NCBI RefSeq assembly: GCF_039654945.1
Contig: NW_027361806.1
Span: forward strand, 3,844,001 to 3,908,000
DNA from: Dendrobates tinctorius
Lineage: Eukaryota
DNA: 64,000 nt
Reading direction: 5' to 3'
Part shown: piece by piece, positions 1 through 9,368 of the stretch
Numbering within the stretch: the stretch's first letter is position 1
Layout of the letters: each line of letters opens with the position of its first letter
Notes under the pieces: generated by a model
The model's database searches: none
What the model saw: only the letters and a program-made list of their open reading frames with translations
Told to the model about the DNA's origin: nothing
Translations under genes and position numbers: made by a program

Positions 1-2335
1 ACTTGTTCTCTAGAGAGTATCTTGCAGGAGGAGGCATGCTGGGACCTGTAGTTCCACACTTGTTCTCTAGAGAGTATCTGGCAGGGGGCATGCTGGGACC
101 TGGAGTTCCACACTTGCTGTTCTCTAGAGAGTGTATCTGGCGGGGGGCATGCTGTGACCTGTAGTTCCACACTTGTTCTTTAGAGAGAGTATCTGGCAGG
201 GGGCATCGTGGGACCTGTAGTTCCACACTTGTTCTCTAGAGAGTGTATCTGGCGGGGGGCATGCTGTGACCTGTAGTTCCACACTTGTTCTTTAGAGAGA
301 GTATCTGGCAGGGGGCATCGTGGGACCTGTAGTTCCACACTTGTTCTTTAGAGAGTGTATCTGGCAGGGGGCATCGTGGGACCTGTAGTTCCACACTTGT
401 TCTTTAGAGAGAGTATCTGGCAGGGGGCATTATGGGACCTGTAGTTCCACACTTGTTCTCTAGAGAGTGTATCTGGCAGGGAGGCATGCTGGGACCTGTA
501 GTTCCACACTTGTTGTTCTCTAGAGAGTGTATCCGGCAGAGGGGCATGCTGGGACCTGTAGTTCCATACTTGCTGTTCTCTAGAGAGTGTATCCGGCAGA
601 GGGGCATGCTGGGACCTGTAGTTCCACACTTGCTGTTCTCTAGAGAGTGTATCTGACAGGGTGCATGCTGGGACCTGTAGTTCCACACTTGTTGTTCTCT
701 AGAGAGTGTATCTGGCAGGGAGGCATGCTGGAACCTGTAGTTCCACACTTGCTGTTCTCTAGAGAGTGTATCTGGCAGGGGGCATGCTGGGACCTGTAGT
801 TCCACACTTGTTGTTCTCTAGAGAGTGTATCTGGCAGGGGGAGGCATGCTGGGACCTGTAGTTCCACACTTGTTCTCTAGAGAGTATCTGGCAGGGGGCA
901 TGCTGGGACCTGTAATTCCACACTTGTTCTCTAGAGAGTATCTGGCAGGGGGCATGCTGGGACCTGTAGTTCCACACTTGTTGTTCTCTAGAGAGAGTAT
1001 CTGGCAGGGGGCATGCTGGGACCTGTAGTTCTCTAGAGAGTGTATCTGGCAGGGGGAGGCATGCTGGGACCTGTATTTCCACCCTTGTTGTTCTCTAGAG
1101 AGTGTATCTGGCAGGGGGCATGCTGGGACCTCTAGTTCCACACTTGCTGTTCTCTAGAGAGTGTATCTGACAGGGTGCATGCTGGGACCTGTAGTTCCAC
1201 ACTTGCTGTTCTCTAGAGAGTGTATCTGGCAGGGAGGCATGCTGGAACCTGTAGTTCCACACTTGCTGTTCTCTAGAGAGAGTATCTGGCAGGGGGCATG
1301 CTGGGACCTGTAGTTCCACACTTGTTGTTCTCTAGAGAGTGTATCTGGCAGGGGGCATGCTGGGACCTGTAGTTCCACACTTGTTCTCTAGAGAGTATCT
1401 GGCAGGGGGCATGCTGGGACCTGTAGTTCCACACTTGTTGTTCTCTAGAGAGAGTATCTGGCAGGGGGCATGCTGGGACCTGTAGTTCTCTAGAGAGTGT
1501 ATCTGGCAGGGGGAGGCATGCTGGGACCTGTATTTCCACCCTTGTTGTTCTCTAGAGAGTGTATCTGGCAGGGGGCATGCTGGGACCTCTAGTTCCACAC
1601 TTCTTGTTCTCTAGAGAGTATCTGGCAGGGGGTGCATGCTGGGACCTGTAGTTCCACACTTGTTCTCTAGAGTGAGTATCTGGCAGGGGGGCATGCTGGG
1701 ACCTGTAGTTCCACACTTGTTGTTCTCTAGAGAGTATCTGGCAGGGTGCATGCTGGGACCTGTAGTTCCACACTTGTTGTCTAGAGCAGGGTTTCCCAAC
1801 TCCAGTCCTCAAGGCACACCAACAGATCATGTTTTCAGGATTTCCTTTGTATTGCACAGGTGAAGCAATTATCACCTGAGCAATACTAAGGAAATCCTGA
1901 AAACATGATCTGTTGGTGTGCCTTGAGGACTGGAGTTGGGAAACCCTGGTCTAGAGTGTATCTGGCAGGGGGCATGCTGGGACCTGTAGGTCCACACTTG
2001 CTGTTCTCTAAAGAGTGTATCTGGCAGGGGGGCATGCTGGGACCTGTAGTTCTCTAGAGAGTGTATCTAGCAGGGGGCATGCTGGGACCTGTAGTTCTCT
2101 AGAGAGTGTATCTGGCAGGGGGCATGCTGGGACCTGTAGTTCCACACTTGCTGTTCTCTAGAGAGTGCATCTGGCAGGGGGGCATGCTGGGACCTGTAGG
2201 TCCACACTTGCTGTTCTCTAGAGAGTGTATCTGGCAGGGGGGCATGCTGGGACCTGTAGTTCTCTAGAGAGTGTATCTAGCAGGGGGCATGCTGGGACCT
2301 GTATTTCCATACTTGCTGTTCTCTAGAGAGTGTAC
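1..2335. repeat. Minisatellite, unit about 57-60 bp (CTCTAGAGAGTGTATCTGGCAGGGGGCATGCTGGGACCTGTAGTTCCACACTTGTTGTT), roughly 35-40 copies, runs off the left edge
   Basis: Tandem repetition is directly visible. Diagnostic variants recur at 514 and 457 bp spacing (650/1164; 1071/1528), indicating a block duplication with loss of one unit. Confidence 0.97.
1787..1948. mobile_element. hAT-type MITE, 162 bp, near-perfect palindrome, inserted in the minisatellite
   Basis: TIRs CAGGGTTTCCCAACTCC / GGAGTTGGGAAACCCTG; 8-bp TSD GTCTAGAG at 1779-1786 and 1949-1956. Confidence 0.92.
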
Positions 2336-2403
2336 ACCCCCCTGCCGCACTGTCAGCGCTATGCCGGGGCCCGCTGGTGGGCGAGTGACCTCCCCCCTCG
2401 TAC

Positions 2404-2551
2404 CTGTCAGAGTGCAGCGGTCCCGGCGCCTGTAAAATCCACAGTTCCGGCGCGGGAAGAAGACGGATCGCGCTCAGGGACAAAAAGAACGACAACGCGA
2501 ACCCCGACCACGTGCTCTCCACGTGCTGTGTGCAGCCTGCTGTCACGTGAC
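2404..2551 (-). promoter_or_regulatory. Putative CpG-rich promoter and non-coding first exon of a leftward gene (EIF2B3 by synteny)
   Basis: CpG-rich patch; minus-strand donor CAG|GTACGA at 2404/2403; E-boxes CACGTG at 2509-2514 and 2520-2525 and GTCACGTGAC at 2542-2551. EIF2B3 lies on this side of HECTD3 in the same orientation in human. No EIF2B3 coding sequence is in the window. Confidence 0.5.
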
Positions 2552-2859
2552 CACACTGGCCTCTAGGATTCTCATTCATGGCATTGCGATTTATAGAGAT
2601 TTATTTAACTTTTCTTAGAATAATATATACATTTTAATTTTAACAAAACAGTTATTTTTTTTGTTGCTGCTGCATTTAAAGAGCCGGGATATTTGTATTT
2701 TTCCGTCAGGGCTTGTTTTTTTTTTTGCAGTATGACGTGTAACTATCAGTGATATATATTTTTTCTGGGTCTAATTTTTTTATATTACTATTGTATTTAG
2801 GAGGTGGAATTAAAAGGGTTTTTGCCCCGGCTGCAGATTGTCTTTTTTTTTGTACCCTC

Positions 2860-3070
2860 TTCCCCTCCCCTGGTCCAGCGCTGAGTCTCCACCGCTCCTC
2901 CCAGCATCTGCTGTTATCACTTGGATAGCGCTGCAGCCAATCACCGAGCTCAGCGGCTCTGCCCAAGTTGACGGTTGCTGGGATCACTGACTGGCTGCAG
3001 CGCTCTCAACGTGACATCAGATAGCAGACGCTGGGAGCAGCGGCGGACACTGAGCGCAGCCTCTATCCAG
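2860..3070. mobile_element. Degenerate palindromic MITE core
   Basis: Imperfect inverted repeat (CTCCCAGCATCTGCT...AGCGCTGCAGCCAATCA vs TGACTGGCTGCAGCGCT...AGCAGACGCTGGGAG). Confidence 0.5.
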
Positions 3071-3254
3071 TGTGTAGTGTTCGCTGCCACCTTCTGCAGA
3101 ACAGCTCTTATTCTTTTTTGGACCTGGGAGCGGCCGCTACACAGTGCATGGAACCAAAAGTCTCACTGTGCCTTTAAAGATCTTGGAAAATTCTAGAAAA
3201 CAATGTTCTGGCTTTAGGAGCCTCAGAGGTTAATTGCCGTCATTGGAGCTCACT

Positions 3255-4983
3255 AGACCTCCAGCAGCTTGGATTGTGGCCTCTCCACTCTTCCTCCAGA
3301 CTCTGGGACCGCGATTTCCAAATTAAATGCAAAATTTACTTTCATGTGAAAACAACACCTTGGGCCACTGACAACAGTCCAGTTCTCTTTCTCCTTGGCC
3401 CAGGTAAGGCTTCTGGCGTTGTCTATTGGCCATGAGTGGCTGACGCAAGGAATGTGACACTTGTATCCCATGTTCTGGACACGTCTGTGTGTGGTGGCTC
3501 TTGAAGCAATGACTCCAGCAGCAGTCCACTCCTTGTGAATCTACCACAAATTTTTGAATGGCCTTTTCTTAACAATCCTTTCCAGGCTGCGGTTATCCCG
3601 GTTGCTTGTGCACCTTTTTCTACCACACTTTTTCCTTCAACTCCACTTTCCATTAATATTCTTGGATACCGCACTCTGTGAACAGCCGGCTTCTTCAGCA
3701 ATGACCTTTTGTGGCTTACCCTCCTTGTGGAGTGTGTCAGTGACTGCCATCTGGACATCTGTCAGGTCAGCAGTCTTCCCCATGATTGTGGAGCTACTGA
3801 AACAGAATAAGGAAACTTTCTAAACACTTAGGAAGCCTCTGCAGGTGTTTTTGGTTAATTACTCTAATTTGCTGAGATAATGACTTTTGGGTTTTCATTG
3901 GCTGTAAGCCATAATCATCAACATTAAGGCTGTGTGCCCATGATACGATTTTTAAGCATTTTTGCCGCGATTTTCGGCGCGAAAACGCAGCAAAAATGTT
4001 TAAAAATTGTGTACAGAACGCCCCCCATGCATTCCTATGGCATTCCGCACATGCTGTGCTAATGCTGTGCTTTTTTCCGCAGTGGAATCGCATCGCGGAA
4101 AAAATCACAGCATGCTCATTCTTTTGTGCGGAATCACAAAGAATTGCCGCGATTCTGCACCCATAGGAATGCATGAGAATCGCTTACTTCCCGCATGTGG
4201 CTATGCCCACCATGCGGAAAGTTAAGCGTCTCATGTGCGGTTGGTACCCACGGTGTGGAGGAGAGGAGACTGTCCTCCAGGCCCTGGATACCATACCTCT
4301 AAAAAAAAGAATAAAAAATAAAAAAATCGGGGTATATTTACCTTCCGACGTCCCGCGCTGCCATCCCGGGCCTCAGCGTTCCCAGTAATGCCTTGCGGCA
4401 AGGCCCTGTGATGACGTAGTCTCACGTGACTCTAGCGGTCTCGTGAGATCGCTATAGTAACGCGAGACCAATGTCATCACAGGTCTCGCAAGGCATTACT
4501 GGGAACGCTGAGGCCCGGGATGGCAGCGCAGGACGTCGGCAGGTACATATACCCCGATTTTTTATTTTTTTATCATTTTTAACATTCTATCTTTTACTAC
4601 TGATGCTGCATAGGCGGCCTCAATAGTAAAAAGCTGCTCACACTTGTCAAGCACTATGTTTGACAACTGTGACGAACCTGTCAATCACTTTCCAAGCGAT
4701 GCTTCAAATCACTTGGAAAGTGCTTGAGAAATTTGCGGCAAAATCGCGAACAGAATCGAGGTGAAATCGCGCAGAAAAAAACGTGCGATTTCTGGGAAGG
4801 AGTCCGGTTTTTAGTGTGCGTTTTAAAACGCTACGTGGGCCCATAGCCTAACAGAAATAAACAGGTGATATAGATCCCTCTGTGTGTAATGACTCTATAG
4901 AATATAGGAGATTCACTTTTTGTATTGAAGAACTGAAATAAATTCAGTTTTTGACGATATTCTAATTTAGTGAGATGCGCCAG
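3255..4983 (-). mobile_element. Tc1/mariner remnant (5' part of transposase plus one TIR), interrupted by a MITE
   Basis: Minus-strand fragments such as WPKVLFSHESKFCI (Tc1 FSDESKF motif); Tc1-like terminus GATATTCTAATTTAGTGAGATGCGCCAG followed by TA near 4983; frameshifted. Confidence 0.85.
3928..4848. mobile_element. PIF/Harbinger-type MITE nested in the Tc1 remnant
   Basis: TIRs GGCTGTGTGCCCA / TGGGCCCATAGCC; 3-bp TSD TAA (3925-3927, 4849-4851); long internal palindrome at about 4320-4565. Confidence 0.85.
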
Positions 4984-6060
4984 TATTTGGTACGCATTTT
5001 CAGTAAATGAGATTTCTGTATTGTGTAGATGCTTATTTTTTCCTTGCAGATTTAAACCATCAAATCATTTTTCTATTCTGCAGAGCGTCAATAATTTCAG
5101 TGTTTTTTCAGCATTTTTCACCCATGTAAAAGAATGAGACAAAAACGCATGTATAAAAAAAAGCATCAAAAACACATATATTACTCAGCGCCTTTCCTGC
5201 CAGCGCTGGATTTTGTAGCAGAAAAGGCTGCTGAGACTACTCTGCGTGTGCACAAGGCGTAAGGTGCTGATGGCGGGTCCTGGGAAAGCCACGGTGGGAT
5301 CTGTAATCTAGATCATATTCGTTGGCACCCAGCTTTCCTGGAAACAGATCTAACTAAGAGAATCTGAATAAGTCGGAGGAAAAGAGAAACTCTTATGTGG
5401 GGTTTGTTGAGCTCAGTCTGAAAGGGTCACAATCTGCAGCAATCCGTGTATGGTGCGCCCAGCTCAGCCATGCAGGGGTTAAGGTGCCATCTGCAGGGAT
5501 AGGGCCACAGTAGATGGGGACCACCCAAGCTGCAGAGAGCTGGGGGTCCGGCTGTTTGTATCTGTGTATATCAGGGGCTATATGTTTGTAGGATTGTGCG
5601 TGCTGCTTATTTGTGCGTCTGTGTTTATGTGTGTGAGAGACAGATGGATTTGTATACCTTTGGCTGTATAATTGTGCGCTCCTCTGCACACGGGTAATTG
5701 TGTGTGTATTTACACAATCAGGCACAGATGTGTTTCCAGCGTGCTGGGTGGCGAGATTTGTGTATCTTTGTCTGATAAATGGTATAGATCCTGCCGTGTT
5801 TAAGGGAACATCATACCGGCATTCGCCGAGAGTTCAGATCCGGGGAAAAAAAGTGCCCCCCCCCCAGGACAAACTGACCCCTTAATCTGCAGGCCCCCGA
5901 TACCTCCACCTAGAGCAAAACGGGAGCCTAAAATCTAAAGTATTTTCATTAATGCCAGTGTCCCGCTCATCATTCCCTGAATCTACATATAAGTTATCAG
6001 TAACGTCTCCCCGTTAGTCCGTGTTCACATGTAGCATAAATGCGTTTCTTTCCTCTGCAG

Positions 6061-8790
6061 AAAATCGGATGCATTTAACTGTCGGAGGAAATCTGTTTTT
6101 CCTATTTTCTGCTGTTGACTTTTTTTCTAATAAGGTGAGTCCTATAGTCCGAAAAATATGGGAAGTGACTAAAGAATCTGTCTATATTCTTACAATGTCT
6201 AAGTGTTCCGAGAAGAACTGATGCTGTTTTCATCGATGACCAAGTGGGAAATACCACGAAGAGGCAAGGAAACGTCACATCGGTGCTACCCCCAGGATTA
6301 TGGTGAGTGGGGGGCGTAATGAATGGGAGACGGACCCCTCTAGACTTCATTCCAGGTACACTAACAGCTCAGTGTTACATTGATTTGGTCATGGGACCAG
6401 TGTTGCGTCCATTTCTCCAGTATCCCAGGAGCCGTTTATCAACACAACAACGCCAGTCCGCATGTTGCTGGTGTGACTCTGAGCATCCAGCGTGGCCTCA
6501 ACGTGCTCCTATGGCCTGCAGGATCTCCAGCCTTGTCTCCTATCAAGCACCAAGAAAAGGAAGAAAGGTCCAGCTCCAGAAATTTAAAATCCAGGATTTT
6601 TATTGTCTCGTGTTTAAAATACATTCATGACTGCTTGTGATCAAGTAACGGCAACAAAGTTCACCGCATGGGGATAACTCCAGGTCTCTGAGTCTAAGAG
6701 CATTTGTGCTCGAAACGCGTACAGAGACCTGGAGTTATCCCCATGCGGTGAACTTTGTTGCCGTTACTTGATCACAAGCAGTCATGAACGTATTTTAAAC
6801 ATGATACAATAAAAATCCTGGATTTTAAATTTCTGGAGCTGGACCTTTCTTCCTCTTCTTGGAGTCATTATACGTCCTGGCAAAGACGTGTCCACGCTCA
6901 GAGCTTTTCAATAGTTCTTACGAACTTACAAGAGGTGAGCTGAAATTTATCTTTTTCAGTTCCTATCAAGCACACCTGCCAAGTCATTGGTCGGTAATTT
7001 CACAGGTAGGACGCGTTTCAGCCCATCCCAAGCTTTCATCTACAATGGGACGGACTGGAACGCGTCCTGTTGACTGAACTGAGGACAAATTCACCAGAAC
7101 ATGAGTGCTGCTACTTTACTGAAATCTACTATTGGCTTTTCCACGAGCACCACCCTGATTCATTGTGTGCAGATCTACCCTTGGATTTGGTAATTGCACA
7201 GGAAACTGCCAGCAGCGGATCTTGATGATCGTCCAAGTGCATTTTGCGGCAGAACCATTAATTGCCGAGACTGTAAGTGCGGGGATTCCTGCATGTGGCG
7301 CTCATACTCCATACTGAATAAATTGAGCTGTTAGTGGAAATTTAATTTCAATTTTTCATCATTCATACAACTTTCTATCCATAATTACACAACTTTTCCT
7401 TCTTGGTGCTGCAGTTTCAGTGTTGAGAAGGGTATATATACAGTATATATTTTTTTCTTTTCTGTTATACATGCAGAGCCATTACGGTGGATACATTGTA
7501 TCATAGAGCCGATAGCGGATGCAGTGTAACATACAGCCGGCGGGATGTGGGTGGTCTGCGTGCGGCAGATGGGTGATTATCGCTTGATGTGGATATCTCC
7601 TTGTATTTACCGCGCTCTTTTATCTCTTCTGCCATCCTGAACATTTGCCAAACTCTTCCCTGAAGACTTTCCTTGTCTAAATATACAGAAACAATTCCTC
7701 CCAGATTTCTGCGTCAGCGGAAAATAAACATCTGAATCACTAGAGAAGCAAAAATCTGCAGTCACGGGCTCGGATGCCTGAACTCATACCTGCCCAATGA
7801 TGGCGGATCTACCCACAGACGTCGACAGGCCCCTGTGCAAGAACCATATCGGGGTCCCTTACAGTCCTATAAGTCCAGCTGCTTTGGAAGTGGATGTGCC
7901 CCGCTTCCCTCTCTGACCCCTGGGCAGCTGCACCAATGACATGTCCGCCCCGGGACTAACCTATATCTACCATCTATCCACCTCTCTCTCACCTGTACTA
8001 TATGGGACACCTCCACCTTAAAGGGATTTTCCCATTTTTCTCAGCTTCAGTTTGTTGTAAAAGCAAACCAAACAATTGCTTTACTCACCCTCCCCTGGTC
8101 CAGTGTCAGGTCTCTGCCACTGACCTAGTGTCTGTTATTGTCTGCAGCAGTGAGATCATGCCAAAAGCGCTGCAGACGATCGCTAAGCTCGGTGGCTGTG
8201 CCCGAGTTGATGGCATGAGCCGCTGAGTTTCCCCTTTTGTAGCTCTAACAGCTCACGCTGTTTAAGAGGATTTTCTACAAGATTTTGGAAGTGGGAATTT
8301 TCACCCAGTCATCGAAAAAAAGCATTTTTGAGATTAGGATGAAAACATCAAATAAAAAATAATCGATATTTACCTTTCAGTAGAGGAATAGCCCTTAAAG
8401 TGGGATGTCCCAAAACTTTTGTCCATTTAGTCTATCTGGCGCGGTCACGGGGTGCAGGCCGTGTGTGGCCCCAGGGTGTGATGTGAGCCACACGTGTCCT
8501 TCTCTCTTTCTAGCACCATTTTTTGGGAACACCTCGCAGGTGTGCGGCGGCGGCTTCTGGTGCTGACAGCTCCATGTGACTCACACAACACCCCGAAACT
8601 CACGTCATCACGTCCGCCGCACACGCAGAAGGCGACAGACACCAGGACAGACGCACACTGTGCGGTGAGTGATGGAAGGAGGCGACTGCGGTCACGGAGT
8701 CAACCAGATGTAGCGCCACCTGCCTCCCAATGTGTGAACTGTCAGCTGCCCACAACTTGTAACAAGTGCTGCAGAATATGCTGGCGCTAG
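6061..8790 (+). CDS. Putative unannotated secreted cysteine-rich prepropeptide, about 145 aa; exons 6061-6134, 7477-7572, 8514-8790; start exon needs one lesion corrected, so possibly a pseudogene
   Basis: Canonical acceptors with pyrimidine tracts at 6060, 7476 and 8513; donors AG|GTGAGT (6134) and GG|GTGATT (7572); both introns phase 2 with a continuous open frame; signal-peptide-like FLLLTFFLIRAITVDT; RRR/RRLR sites; 6-Cys C-terminus; AATAAA at 8840 and 8853. Confidence 0.5.
6200..7434 (+). mobile_element. Degenerate Tc1/mariner remnant carrying nested Penelope-like insertions
   Basis: YQHNNASPH and LLWPAGSPALSPIKH resemble Tc1 FQQDNARPH and WPARSPDLSPIEH; TIR-like end TGGTGCTGCAGTTTCAGTGTTGAGAAGGG followed by TA. 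Confidence 0.75.
6551..6960. mobile_element. Penelope-like retroelement fragment with a 141-bp inverted repeat
   Basis: Arms 6550-6690 and 6722-6862; loop contains GAGC-ATTTGT-GCTC-GAAACGCGTA (hammerhead-like); 13-bp TSD TCCTATCAAGCAC at 6538-6550 and 6961-6973. Confidence 0.75.
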
Positions 8791-8839
8791 GTTCATCCAT
8801 GAAGTCGCCATGGACTCGAGGTCGAGCTGAAGGCCGCTA

Positions 8840-8858
8840 AATAAATAATATTAATAAA
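8840..8858 (+). terminator. Tandem polyadenylation signals of the putative peptide gene
   Basis: AATAAA at 8840-8845 and 8853-8858, 50-70 nt after the TAG at 8788-8790. Confidence 0.55.
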
Positions 8859-9368
8859 GACCACTAACACATCCCATTAGACTTCTGCGGATGAAATCCA
8901 TTTATGAGGCTATTTACAGTTAATACCAGGTAAGTATGTAATCAACTCAGTGAGGTGAAGCACCGAGGGACATGATGTCTCGGCTCCGCCAGTAACGCCC
9001 TGGGTGGGTAGTAGTGGTAGTAGTTTGCTCCAGACAAGTCTGCTCTATTGTGTCTTCTTGTAGTGTGCTGCCCTCTCCTGGTGACGTGCTGCAATGATGT
9101 CTATTTTACTACATGGTGTCAGGACAGCAGGGGAGCGATGGAGCTGAGTTTTAGGACTCATAATTAGAGCAGCAAATCGGGATAATTTCTGAATGTAGAA
9201 AGAAAATCATAAGTCTAGTAAATTATAGTAATATGTGTAGATAATTAGGATACACTGAAATCTAATAGTCACGCATATGCTTAGATGGGCCGGTCCAACT
9301 ATGAGCTCCACTGTATGCAATATAATCCAGGTATAGACTCATACAATGTCTAATACTACTGTGTTAGG

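Noticed and set aside
348-1875. Overlapping ORFs (MELQVPAC...)
   Set aside because: Artefacts of the 58-bp minisatellite.
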